This document shows, piece by piece, positions 12,483 through 25,604 of a stretch of DNA of 64,000 nucleotides; within the stretch, counting starts at the first letter, position 1, and each line of letters begins with the position of its first letter. The notes below the pieces were generated by a model. It was not told where the DNA came from. It saw nothing but the letters and a program-made list of their open reading frames with translations, and searched no databases. Location: the NCBI RefSeq assembly GCF_036321535.1, contig NC_087437.1, positions 90,460,001 through 90,524,000 on the forward strand, in the 5' to 3' direction. The DNA comes from Camelus dromedarius (lineage: Eukaryota). Both the position numbers and the translations under genes were made by a program.

Positions 12483-14414
12483 AAAATGAAAGTCTTAAGA
12501 AGCTAAAAATACAAATTAATGATAATAAAGTAAACATTTTAGAAATAAATGTTAGGTAATATTGGAAGAAAACAGTCATTTACAGAGTTGAACAAAGTAT
12601 GAAAAAACTGGAAAAGTCTTTAAGTTTACTACAGGAGATATGCCATAATGTTGTCAGAGCCATAGTACTCAACAACCACCATTATTTTCAAAAGCTGACT
12701 TGTAACAAAGACACATGTAACAATGTTTTCATGCTTTGCATCCAAACTATTCATAACTAAGTCATGACTGAAAAAATGATTTTTCTATCTCTGCCTTTAA
12801 AATATCAAGAAAAGCAGATTCTTTGCCATTATATCTCAATGGCTAAACTCTTCACTTCTTTAGAGTTTAAATCAAGAGTTGAATAAATAATTTAATCTTT
12901 TATAGATGAATACATTCTGTGTGTAAACAGTATTTCTGCTCAAAACAACAAGCACATGTCAGGCTTCCATATATTTAAAAATTCTCTTCAATCTTCTGGT
13001 AGTCAGAAGACTGCTAAATTCTACTGAATCTTTGGAAAACAAGCATAATATTTATTTTTATTTGTTTTTTACATATCTTTTTAGAAATAGATTACTATAT
13101 TCCACAACAGGCTACATGAAATACATATGTTCATTTTTTTTAGTCAATCAATTATTTATATGATGCTATATGTAAATTGGTTTCACAATCAAGAAGCTTA
13201 ATCTTATTCCATAATTAATTCTGAAGTTTGTGAAGGAAAAATTTCCCATCAAAATCTTGCCTATAAGCAAATCAGAGCTGGAAATCCCACCTAAGTAAAT
13301 AAAAATATTTTAATAAAACACTTTGCTAAGTAGTGCAGGGAACAAAGAAATGAGTAGATGCACGTACCTTAAAGATTATAAAGATAGATAAATTGAATAG
13401 ACGGGTAGCTCTACTGCAGGTCAGAATTTGACTGCCAAATATGATCTAAAGAGTGATTTTGGAAAACTGAAGAAGAAAAAAGTTTCAGAGGGCTTACAAT
13501 AAAATCCACAAATTATTTTTGCAATGACCATCGCAATACGAATTAGCTAGTACATTTATGTGTCATAAGACACATATGACAGTCTTTCAATACCTGCCAC
13601 AGGAAGAGAAAAACAGGGGCAGGTCACAGTCAAGCCTAGGGAAGGAATTTTTATGATGTAGTAAAAATATTCTTTTTATTCTATAGGTAACTTTAATGCC
13701 AAGAATCGACAGAGTTCTAAATGCTTAGAATGAAGAGTTAGAAAATTATTTCAACTTTACTGTCAGTAATAGAATCATGGGATGTTAGAGGCAGAAATAC
13801 TCTTAGCCCTTAACATGATGTGAGATGGCTCAGTTCATTCTGTTTATTTTGTAGTGCTAGCACCGGGATATAATAAAATACAGGACTTGACAGTCTAGTT
13901 ACTGTATCAAACACCCTGTTAGTTTTCAGTTTTCCCGTTGTTTTCTTAGGTTGATTTAACCTCAGTTTTTGTGGTTTCATAACATGTTCCTTTTTATTGG
14001 TGGGGGGTGGGGGTGGTAATATATCGGGATACTGAGTTGTTTTAAAAAAATGTTCTACTCATTTTTCAACTTTCCCAGATACCTAAACGCTCCTTATAGG
14101 TATTCACATTTTAAAAAGAGCTTTCAATTAGTTGAAAATAATTGTCCCAAAATCCCTTTTGGGACACCCTCTATTTACCAGTATGATAAGGAACTCTTGT
14201 AAAAGAAAACGTAACTGTTTTCTTTTGTTAAGAGTCAACAGGTCACCATGTGACTTTTAGGGGGTTGAAATACTGAGTATCTTTTACTGTTATTTATGTG
14301 ATAGTGAATTTTATATTTTTAAAATTAAAATTAGATGTTACCAAGGCCCAGGAATTTGTAATTATTCAAAAATGAAATAAATAAAGTGACTGGAATCAAT
14401 GTCATCTGGTACAG

Positions 14415-14520
14415 TTCTCCTTTACACACAAACATCAGAGAGAGTAGGTTAATTATCCAAAGCTACACATTTAGGTAGTTGCAATTTTGAAATGAGAACC
14501 CAGGACTCCTGCCTCCTTTA
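14415..14520 (-). mobile_element. MIR fragment
   Basis: CAGAGAGAGTAGGTTAATTATCCAAAGCTACAC...GAGAACCCAGGACTCCTGCCTCC. Confidence 0.55.
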
Positions 14521-16273
14521 GGGCTGTGACTTAAGTAGGTCCACCATTTATATAAAATCCATCTTTCACTCAGATCCTATCAACCACAGGTAACTTTTAC
14601 ACATTTTTCCCTATTAATCTTTTGAAGCCACTTCCATCTCTCAGTGTTTGAATCTGCAGGCAGAGATTAAAAATACCAGATAAAAGAAGCCCTAAATACT
14701 AGAAGACATGCCAAATGTTGAGAGAGAAAGTTTAGGTCCACTTATTCTCAGCCTCTTCCTGTGATCCACAATCTGAGAATAAGCCCTATCCGAAAATATT
14801 CCTAAAAACTAGGCTGGTTCTCTTAAGTAGATCCCCTGGGAGAGCTTATTATACAAGCAATGAAAGCCAAAGCTATCCCAACAACACATTTCACCAGCTC
14901 TGTATTCTCTTTTCCCCAATCCTTCCAATACTACCTTTTTTGTTCGTTTTCTTGCTACCTTTTCTCTAAAATGCAGACTAAAGATTCCATTGGTTATAAG
15001 TCATTCAGGCTCATCTCCATTCTAAAAGTACAGAGATGGAAGACATGAGCCCAAAACCTAATTTTCTTGGTGTCTTTAAGAAAAAAAAAAGAAAAATAAC
15101 CAAAATGAAATACATATAAGGCCATAAACACTTTCTGTATATTAAAAAAGTGCTTTAATCTTTTTTAATTCCTTCTGCCTCCTTTTCAACCTCTGAAGTC
15201 AATTGGTTATTGTCTCTCTTGTATTTATGTATGTCCTTTTCCTTTTTGATTTCTAATCTGTCTCTTCTCTGTTCCTACTTCCCTGTATTTTTTTTTCAAC
15301 TGATATAATGAAAATTAGATCCTCAAGACTTCCCAATGAAGTTTAAAACCTTGTCAGGCAATAAGATTCTAAGAATAAGTGGGCCCAGTATGCTGCTTAA
15401 CAAGAAGCACCCTGACAGTTAGTACCAAGTCATGAAAAGTTAAATGTAAAATGTAAGGTAATTCAACATCCAGCTGATAAATGAATGGGTGTATTGCCAT
15501 CAAATGAGACCATATCTGACTGGGGAAAAATGAAGATGTGTTCTTCTTTCGCATCAAAATTTTCAAAATAAAATAAAAACCAATGTAACTTTTTTATAAT
15601 ATATGCAAGAAGTAATAGAAAAATTCACACATGAATACTTAGCCAGGAATGAGTTAAGGGGCCTCCTACCTCATTCCATCAATTGAAAACTAACAGATGT
15701 AAACTCTGGAGTTAGTGCCATCTGCAAACATAATTTGCACGCAGAAATGACAGCATCTTAGGTAGCTGAACCAGCTGATCTTAGAGGCATTGATCCTTGT
15801 CAGACTCAGTCTTTTAGACAGTTATATAGGAATATTTATCCAGTCTAAAATCTCCAGGAATATCCAACTCTCCTCTCAAATTCCCAGAAATTTGGCATTT
15901 CCATTAGCTCTTCTGACAAAGCCAGCTAGACCAGTGACTGTTGCCAGGTCCTTCTTTTCCATTTCTTAGCAGAAGTATTTTCCTAACAGACAATTGTCAT
16001 TTCACCCCGTTAATGTTAACATCATTGATGAGTACTTAACAAACACCAAATTCATTAGGATTCTATACAAGGCACTAACATTAATGCCAGCATCATCTCT
16101 GGGTACACCTGGTATATTCCAATGCCAGATTTAAGAGCTATTTAAATAATACATTATGGGTTTTTTTCTGTGTCTTATGTTTAGGACTAACTGTTCACTT
16201 GCTACTCTTTACTTTTTCTAGCTAGTTAATTTTTACACATTATTTAAGTGTCCATTTAAAATGCTAAACTCTG

Positions 16274-17822
16274 CCAAAGCAATCTTGAGTAAAAAGAACA
16301 AAGCTGGAAGTATCATATGCTCCAACTTCAGGCTATACAACAAAGCTACAGTAATCAAAACAGTTTGGTACTGGTGCAAAAACAGACACATAGATCTATG
16401 GAATAGAATAGAGAGCTCAGAAATAAATCCACAGACCTATAGTCAATTAATCTAAGACAAAGGAGACCAGAGTATACAATAGAGACAAGACATTCTCTTC
16501 AATAAGTGGTGCTGGGGCAAGAGGAAGATACATGTAAAAGAATGAAATTGGAACATTCTCTAACACCATATGCAAAATTAAAATCAAAGTGAATTAAAGA
16601 CCTAAGTGTAAGATTGGAAACCATAAAACTCCTAAAAGAAAACATAGGAAGAACACTATTTGATATAAATCATACCAATATTTGTTTTTTGGATTTGTTC
16701 TCATAAGACAAAAGACACAAAAGCAAAAATAAACAAGTGGGATGTCATTAAACTTAAAAGACTTTACACAGCAAAGGAAATCATCAACAAAAGAAAAATA
16801 CAATCTGCTAAATGGGAGAAAATATTTGCAAGTGACATGACTGATAAGGCATTAATATCCAAAATATATAAATAGCTCATGCAACTCAATATCAAAAACA
16901 AACAACTCAATTAAAAAATGGGCAAAAGACCTGGCTATACATTTTCCCAAAGAAGACACACACATGACCAACAGGCACATATAAAGATGCTCAGCATCAC
17001 TAATGTCAGAGAAATGCCAATCAAAAACACAATGAGATATCACCTCACACATGTCAGAATGGCTATCAACAAAAAGTCTGCAAATAACAAATGTTGATGA
17101 GGATGTGGAGAAAAGGGAAAACTTGTACACTGTTGGTGGGAATGTAAATTGGTGTGGCCACTATGGAAAATAGTGTGGAGGTTTCTCAAAAAACTAAAAA
17201 TAGAACTACCATATGATCCAGTAATTCCACTCCTGGGTATACATCCAAAGAAAATGAAAACACTAATTCAAAAAAATACATGCACCCCAATGTTCGTAGC
17301 ATCATTATTTACAATAGTAAAGACATGGAAGTAACCTAAGTGTTCATTAACAGATGATATAGTATCTATGTACAGTGGAATACTACTCAGCCATAAAAAG
17401 AATAAAATTCTTCCATTTGCAACAACATGGATGGACCTAGAGGTTATTATGCTTAGTGAAATAAAAGGCAAATACTCTATGTTATCACTCATATATGGAA
17501 TCTAAAAAATAAAATAAGCAAATGAATATAACAAAACAGAAAAAGACTCGCAGATAAAGAGAACCAACTAGTGGTTACCAGTGGGGAAAGGGAAGAGGGG
17601 AGGGGCAATATAGGCAAAGGGGATTAAGAGATGTGAACTACTCTGTACAAAATAAATAAGCAACAAGAATATAGTACAGCACAGGGAAATGCAGCTATTA
17701 TTTTATAACAACTTTAAATGAAGGATAATCTACAAAAATACTGAATCACTATGTTGCACACCCAAAACTAATATAATACTGTGAATCAACTACTCTTCAA
17801 TTAAAATAAATAAAAAATAAAA
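16274..17822 (+). mobile_element. 5'-truncated L1 (decayed ORF2 C-terminus, 3' UTR and A-rich tail)
   Basis: Translations [12 protein letters not shown]...[27 protein letters not shown] and [24 protein letters not shown]...TCTPMF are L1 ORF2, interrupted by stops and frameshifts. TSD TAAAATGC(T/G)AAACTCTG at 16257-16273 and 17823-17839. Confidence 0.96.
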
Positions 17823-17949
17823 TAAAATGCGAAACTCTGTGTAAAGCATTGCCTCAGTTAAATTTAAACTCTGCATCCTTTGAACATCTCCATCCTATAC
17901 TACATTTAAACTTAGTAATTTCTTTATACGTTCCTATTACCCATTAGAC

Positions 17950-18160
17950 CAGGGGTTGGCTGAGAAACTTTAGACACTGGCCCATATATGACCCTCTGTT
18001 TTTGTTAATAAAGTTTTATTTTATCACAGTCACATCTGTTTACATATTGTCTATGGCTTCTTTTGTGTACTGGTGCAAAATTGAGTAGTCACCAAAGAGA
18101 CATTAGAATCTTAAAAACAATCACTCTCTGTACCTGTACAGAAAAAGCTTGCTGACCCCC
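17950..18160. mobile_element. MER58A-like hAT-Charlie DNA transposon
   Basis: CAGGGGTTGGC...TTTTGTTAATAAAGTTTTATT...TTTACATATTGTCTATGGCT...ACAGAAAAAGCTTGCTGACCCC. Followed by an L2 3'-end remnant to ~18257. Confidence 0.8.
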
Positions 18161-19711
18161 TTACATATGAATCCTGTGCCACATTCATCTTTGTATATCC
18201 ACAAGCTTGCATACTATTTGAGTAGGGAGTAAAATAGTTGTTGAATAAATGGATAAATTTTTCTTGACCTTTTTCCACATTTATTAGTATTTTATTTATG
18301 CTCTCTCATCTATAGAAGTAATTCTCATGAAGAAACTGAATGATTCCAATAACCCTAGTACATAGTTGGCACTACTTATGTACAAAATACATATGTAGAA
18401 AAATGAATTTGTTTAAGGTTTCAAATCTAAGCAATATCACTATTAGACACTATTCAACCTAGTGTCTAATATATTATTACACACTAATTGATAGATGGAA
18501 AATACCTTAAGGTATATTAATGCAGGAATATTTGATGTTTAAGATGAAATAAGAGGGATTAGGCTGTCAATTTCAGAAGCTCTAGAGAACATGCAAATTC
18601 AAACAAAGCAGACAAATAAAAATAGTGGCATGAGTGATTCCTTTTACAGATTTTATCCTCTAAATTTTTTAATATTATTATAATAGATTCTCTAGAATTA
18701 TTAATAATCCTCTTACTGACCTTCACAGGTAGTGATGAAGATAAGATTATATATCTCAATATACATTTATTAACTTAGCAATAAATATCGCTGTCCCACA
18801 AAAAGGTTAATCAAACTGAGGATAAACAAACCAGGCTGGCTTTTCCATCCTTGACAATGTTTCTGGCATTTATTATGAGGATACATCCAGAGACATAGGT
18901 ATAGGAATTGCAGTCCAAAAAGTTAGACTTCCAGTAACTTCAATTTTTCTCAAAATTAGAATAAAACATACATTTAGTTTTAAGTCAGAAAAACCCCTTT
19001 CCAACCATATACAACCATATATATTTTTTCCACATACCACTAGAAACAAAGGGACTATTTTGATGCTTTCCTTCAGGTTTGCAGATAATCTGTCTGACAG
19101 TGAATGTGATCTAAGGTTGTGTAGCTCAAACAGCCAGTGTAGCTCCCAAAGTGCTTTCCCCATTGGGCACTCACAAAATACGTTATTTGATTGTAAACTT
19201 CTGCCTCCTTCTCTAAGACCTATTTCTGGTCATAACTCTTTTGGGCTCAGAGTCAATTCTAAGTTTGTTTTAAGTAAAGAGAATTCCGTAAAGCTGCATT
19301 GAGGTTGATCTGCTGGCTACTTCGATTTCACAGCTACCCAGCTATGCCACATTGTTTGCATTTGTATTTCCGTAAGTCTTAAAAGCATTTCTATTCCTGT
19401 GACTGTGTGCAATTACTTTTGCTGGTCATACATCTATACAAACTAGTAGGAGAGCATTCTCTTTGGTATTTATTAATAGAGCAGCAATTAGAGTTAATTT
19501 TAGATTCCTACTCAGTTAAAATGCCATAAGAAAAAAAATTAATGGTAAAATAATAACTGTATCCCATTTTAAGCTGAGAAATTAAAAATTTGTTACTAAA
19601 CCACTCAGAGCTGGCAACTGAAAAATAAAACATCCATTCCACTAAGAAAGACAGGAAAATAACAATAGGACCCCTATCCAGGTCTTAATCCAAATCAGAT
19701 CAAGGACTATC

Positions 19712-19801
19712 AGATAGATAGATAGATAGATAGACAGACAGATAGATAGAAAGATAGATAGAAGATAGATAAATAGATAGATAGATAGATGGTAGATAGA
19801 C
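19712..19801. repeat. Interrupted (GATA)n/(GACA)n tetranucleotide microsatellite
   Basis: Read directly. Confidence 0.95.
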
Positions 19802-20124
19802 ACAAACGTTTATTAGAACTTAGAATCACTTGCTTTTTGGTAAAACAACTTGTGTTGTGCCATCTCTGGACTCTGTATTCCCAGACAATGCTGCTGGCTT
19901 ATTATGACAAGTGCATAAAATGCTGTTATTCTTATTGCATGGTGGATTTGTCCCAATTTATCTCCTCACAGTTTCATCTTGTCTGTGACCCACGGTATAA
20001 ACTAATAATTTTTTTAAAAAAATTAGGGAAAAAATTTTCCCAGTGTGTGTAGTGAAATCAAAGGTGTACTCTGCTAAATGTAGTAAACCTGAAGTATCTT
20101 GGTTTTAATTCCATTGGCCACATT

Positions 20125-20330
20125 CCATGAGGCAAACTACAGCCAGACACCCAGCTGTCTCTTTTTGTGAATAAAGTTTTACCGGAAGACAGCCATGTCC
20201 ATTTGCGTACATTTGTCTGTGGCTACATTCACAGCAACAGTGTTGGGTAGTTTCAACAGAGATCTTAAGGCCAGGAAGTCTAAAAGATTTACTAAAAGAT
20301 CACTTAAGGATAAGTCTGTCAACTGCTTCT
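20125..20330. mobile_element. MER58A-like DNA transposon (second copy)
   Basis: GGCAAACTACAGCC...TTTTTGTGAATAAAGTTTTACCGGAAGACAGCCATGTCCATTTG...TGGGTAGTTTCAACAGAGA...CTAAAAGATTTACTA. Confidence 0.75.
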
Positions 20331-20559
20331 CCAGAATATAGCTTCTCCAGACTATGGTCTCAGATCAGGAGTACTGCCCTCTGATTACCAAGAGCAGTGG
20401 AAGATAAAGTAGTCCAGATATTTAATTCAGAGACTAGAAACTTAATACTGACATGGAACATTGTTTCTTATGATATTAGATCGACATCTTTTCTGAGCTT
20501 CAGACCAGAGCACTCAACTGTGTACTGGTCCTTTCAGCTTGGACATGCCAAGTCATCAA

Positions 20560-21107
20560 ATTCTCTTCCTCTTCCCAGACATTAATCTTAACCATCCTTT
20601 AGTCACTCCTCCATATTGTTGCCACGAAAGCTTTGAGAAGACAAAATTGACATGGATGTCTTAAAATCTGTAAGCATCATCCCATGTACTTTAAAATAAA
20701 GTCAAACTATTTAGTCTGGCTTCAAATAATCTTCATGAGATGGATCAAATCTTGTATTCAACTTATTAACAAACTGGCTATCTGAAATTCCTCTCTTGCT
20801 TCAGGGCCTTCAAGCAGTAGGCCACATCCTCAACCTTTGCCTGGCTAAAGACTCATCCAAAGAGTCAGCGCAGATGTTGATCTACCAAGAAAATGTCCTG
20901 AATTTATCCTGACCCTACATATGTGCTTGGCACTATGACCTTATCAGTCCTATCATGATAGTATGAACTTACATTGGAATCATTTTCTTTACTTTTCTCA
21001 ATGATGTATTTTAAAATTAAGCATCTTAAGGATAGGGCCTTATTTTATTTTGATTTTTAGTTTTTAAGTGCTTAAAACAAAGAAAGTACTTCTTGAATGC
21101 TGAATAA
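20560..21107 (+). mobile_element. L2 3' fragment
   Basis: CTCCTCCATATTGTTGCCA...AAAATAAAGTCAAACT...CTTGCTTCAGGGCCTT...AAGCATCTTAAGGATAGGGCC...TTCTTGAATGCTGAATA. Confidence 0.6.
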
Positions 21108-21287
21108 GCAGAGTACTGCCTCTGCTTTGGTAATACACAAGAGCCTACGGAAAATAATTCTAGCAAAGATGTGTAGGATGAGAAAAAGCTATTTTTGTGA
21201 TATACATATTAATTAACAAAGGCTTCTTTGGCTTCCCCCTTCTACAACTGAAACTTTTGGAAAACAAATGAATAAAACATAATGACT

Positions 21288-21407
21288 GGGGGGAGTGTAT
21301 AGCTCAGTGGTTGAGTGTGTGCCAGCAAGCACATGATCCTGGATCTAACCCCCAGTACTTCCATTAAAAAAATAAGTAAATAAAACTTAATTGCCCCCCC
21401 CAAAAAA
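21288..21407 (+). mobile_element. Camelid Vic-1-like SINE (more diverged copy)
   Basis: GGGGGGAGTGTATAGCTCAGTGGTTGAGTGTGTGCCAGCAAGCAC...CCCCAGTACTTCCATTAAAA...AACTTAATTGCCCCCCCCAAAAAA. Confidence 0.88.
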
Positions 21408-21729
21408 GTATAAAGTGCTGTATGTCAATTATACCTGAATAAAACTAGAAGGAAAAAAATTTTTTAATCAGCCCTTTAAAAAAATATGACCAAGTGAAAA
21501 AAAAATTAAATCCTAACTTCTTCATATTGTCAGCAATTAATAATTCAATGATAGAAGATACTGTGTTACCACAACAGTTTGGTGGGAAAAGGGCAATTGT
21601 CAACTGCTTCTTAAGTTTATGAACTGAAAATTTGTTTTTATCCTATCTGCAAATATTATTAATACAGCTACTAGAGAACTCTCCTTTTACAACTAAGAAG
21701 CTATAATTACGGTTTACACATTCAAATTA

Positions 21730-21815
21730 GCTTATTATCTATATTTTACAGATGAGGAAACATACATACACAGGTAAATTAAACCATCTATTTCAAGGCC
21801 ATAAGGTAAGTAATA
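21730..21815 (-). mobile_element. MIR fragment
   Basis: TTATTATCTATATTTTACAGATGAGGAAAC, the MIR core. Confidence 0.6.
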
Positions 21816-23464
21816 AAATTGTAAATGCATAAATTTCCATCTCCTTTCCAGGGCTAATGCTTAAAATTAGGATTTTTGTTATCATATTTTCTTCATAAAG
21901 TTTTCAACAGTAGAGTAAGAGCTATTTGTATAACAATACATCAAAGCATTCCCTGGGAGTCCTTTATCATTGCACCACACTCTGTAAGAAATGTGTACAT
22001 CATAGCAGAAAAATCACAAAACCCAGTTTTTTTAGTCAAAGTAGTCACAGTTGAAACAGGCTGTTAATAATAAAACTTGCTAACTCTAACAGCCTAACAG
22101 ATTACAACAAAAGACTGTGCTTCCAAAAATAGATTCCATTTTGCTGTCTGATCCTTATCTATCACCAAATATGGTGAATTCTCTATCTTAGCCATCTAAT
22201 ATTTTTAACGCTTCCAGTTACTTTCCTAGTTTTCCCACAAGATTTCCAGCCCCATAAGTTGTAATACCTTTGAAAAAATTGTCTCATCTTTGAGAGAAAA
22301 CAAGCAATAATAGATCACTGTGGCAAAACACATTATTTACTTCTTAACAAGGAATGATCTGAAACAAGTTTTTCTTAACTCTTAGAAATCATGTCATTCC
22401 ATACCAAGTAAAAGTGAGAATAAAGCTAAATTGAGACTGGGAAGAAATCATTTTAATGAAGAATTAGAATAGCCTTTTTAATATTTGGCCCTTTTATTTC
22501 AAACCATCAAGAGTTGTAACAGGTACATCTTTCTCATGATAAAGGTCCTCCAAGGAAAGCCAGGTAAAAGGCATTTCTTAGAAATTTTGCCAAATGACGC
22601 TGCAAACAGACACTTTCAACTTCAATGTGTTCACTAGCTCGTTGTTAGAAAGCCAAAGTTGTAAAGAGAGAAAAAGAAAAACAAAAAATGGGACATATAT
22701 ACTCCAGCAAATCATTCTCTAAATAACCTGTAGTTCTAAAAACACAGGATTTTCTTTTTAAGCTATCTGAAAATTGGTCACTCTCTGCTTCTTTTGAATG
22801 AATCTCTATGCTTTTACTTTATGTTGTATGTTTTACAATTTGTATGCTTCTGGTTGTGCTGGGCAGTAAAGTGAAATTGACTCTTAATTCTGATCTTTGT
22901 AACACTACCTTTAACAAGATCAAGAGTCTAGGAAATTCCTCTTGGCTGTCACTCACTGACAGAAAGGTATATCATAGTGCACAGCAGGAGGTGCAGCCTT
23001 GAAAAACACCACGGGACGTACCAATAAAGCACCTAAGAAGTGAAGGCCATCCCTGGGGAAAGAACAGAACACACATAGAGCAGAGGCAGAGGAAAAGGGG
23101 GCCAAGAACACAGCCAGAAAAGATTCCATGGATAGATATAATAACTAGGGCCGAGGTTCACCAGCAATATTTACAAATGAAATTAGATTAATATAAATAT
23201 CAGATTGAGCAAAGCATGCTAAAGAAAAAGAATTTATGATCCTAACCACCGAATATAGTCCTAATGCACACTGAAATTTAAAAAGTATTAGTTTACCTAA
23301 CAAATACTTATTAGTCAAAGAATTCATCCCAGTTTTTCTTGGCTAGATTAGAGTACCAGCAAAATATTTAGTAGTTTTGATTCAACTGAGTGTTTCTGCA
23401 AATCTCAATCAGATATTTGAAAGTATTTAATAATTTCAAATTGAGGTATGTGACATCTGGTGGG

Positions 23465-23821
23465 TGACATAGATTGAAAGATTGTGTTCCCTAAAATGTA
23501 TGTGTTGAAACCTAATCCCAAAGTGATGGTATTTGCAGGTGGGGGGCCTTTGGGATTAGGGCGATGACATCAACAGGGTACAGCACTCAAGAATGGGATT
23601 GTGCCTTTATGAAAGAGACCTCAGAGAGATCCCTCGAGCCTCCCACCACGTGAGGTTGCAGTGAGAGGCTATGTAAGAACCAGGAAGCAAGTCCTTACCT
23701 ACAAGACACTGAATTGTCTGGGACTTTCCAGCCTCCAGAACTCTGAGAAATAAATTTCTGTTATTTATAAGCCACCTAATCTCTGATATTTTTATTATGG
23801 TAGCCTGATTGGACTAAGACA
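23465..23821 (+). mobile_element. MLT1A/MLT1A0 MaLR solo LTR, full length
   Basis: TG...CA termini. TGTGTTGAAACCTAATCCCAAAGTGATGGTATT...GGACTTTCCAGCCTCCAGAACTCTGAGAAATAAATTTCTGTT...GGACTAAGACA. Degenerate 5-bp TSD GTGGG/ATGGA. Confidence 0.9.
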
Positions 23822-24251
23822 ATGGAGTGGAGAATATTTAAGTGCTTTATTTTTTTAATTTCACATGAAATAAATTGTATTCAAAGGGAAAATAGTTCAA
23901 AGGTCTCAAGAATACTAATGCTTTAAAGTTATTTAGTATTCCTTTTGTCTATCAAGCTATCAGTATCAACAGCAATTCCTTCCAGAAGGTACTACCATGT
24001 TTTTAATGCTGTGGTGCAATGAATCTAATCTCATATACCTTTAATACACCTCTGTGAGACATATCTGTAGAGATATGAAGAGAGTCATTCAGATTAACAA
24101 ATGACCATCACTAGGTGAGCAACAAAAAGAACTTGCCTTTTTTATCTTTGGACATATTGATTGCTATTTTAAATAAATTTGACAAAAAATAAATTTGCAT
24201 ATTTAGGGCACCATAAGCTATTATAGTTATGCCCCAAGGGATAATTAGCTG

Positions 24252-24275
24252 GATAGATAGATAGATAGATAGATA
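24252..24275. repeat. (GATA)6
   Basis: Read directly. Confidence 0.9.
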
Positions 24276-25447
24276 GGCAAAATTTAATTAGGTAATGATA
24301 AAGTATTAAAAATATTGAATAGGGTCACAGACAGCATAAATTTTGGTATGAACTCAAAAACAGATATCTAAAAAGAATTTGAGTAACTCTAAAGAAATTG
24401 AAGACAAGTGGATAGAGAAAGAAGGCAAGAAAAGAGATACACAGAGGGAAAAGAATGCCAAGTGGGCAATTACAAGACATATAAATCCAAATAGATCCTA
24501 ATGAGTTTTTTTTTTTACACCTCAATTCACTCATTACATTTTAAAAGCCCAAGACAGATTAAGTTATCTATGTTAATATAATTGTAACAATCAGAATATC
24601 CACCATGTCTTATTTTATGGGCAGAAGGTAGAGAAAAGTACACTGAAAAATTGCACAATCATACGAATTTAATCCTTTGTAAGACCAAATTTTATTAGTG
24701 AAGCCATTAACTTTGTTTCCCTGTTGGTAATGTCACCAGAATGACTAACTATGGTACAATGTATATACATAAATATATATGCATATAATACGAACAATCA
24801 CACACACACTTCTGTGTGTGCATTTGTGTGTTTTCAAAAAGCATTTGGACAAAACAACTGAAGATAGAAACAAAAAATGAATTTGTATCAGCCAATTGAT
24901 TTGTAAAATATTGAACAAAAAGTCATATTCAATCTGGTAGAAAGCTTTAAAACTGTGCTTAAGACTGTCTGCATTTAGCTTTTATTCTTTTACTCAACAG
25001 TTTGAATGAAGGCACAGAAAACATAACAAGTACTAAGAAATCTTAAGATAGTTCACTTAGAAAAATATCAGTGCATTAGCAACCTTGGAATTTCTAAAGT
25101 ATTTTTCATGTGAACAAAGAAAAGGATGTATGCTCTACATCTCTAAAAGACGAGAAGTAGAAGCAACTGATACAGGTTTTATTAAAACAGCCAAAAATCA
25201 TAGTCAGTGCTGGTATAATTCATAGGGTACCAATCATAGTAAGTGCTAAAGCTTAAAATCCATGTTGATTCTTCAGAGATGGTTTATGGGGAATTTTTAC
25301 GTGCTATGGCAGTTTGAACTAGTCTTATCCTAAGATCTCTTCCAACTTAAAAATGTCATAATTATTTTCCAGCATTAAGAGGAAGCTGCATTCAGACATT
25401 ATAGACACAAACACATTTCAAAATCATTCTGTTGACAACATTCGGTA

Positions 25448-25566
25448 CAGTGGGTCCTCATTTTTCCCAGATTCCATAATTTGAATATTCAGCTCCTCAC
25501 TAAAACTTATCTGTCACCCTCAAATGGATACTTTCAGTGCTTTCAGTCATTTGCAGCCATGTGCAG

Positions 25567-25604
<38 letters not shown>

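Noticed and set aside
13999..14016. G-rich tract GGTGGGGGGTGGGGGTGG
   Set aside because: It has only two runs of 3 or more G, so it is at best a weak G4 in a low-complexity patch.
16261..17492. ORFs with protein-like sequence (16261-16455, 17149-17334 and antisense ORFs)
   Set aside because: They are fragments of a dead, 5'-truncated L1 ORF2 or its antisense frames, not host genes.
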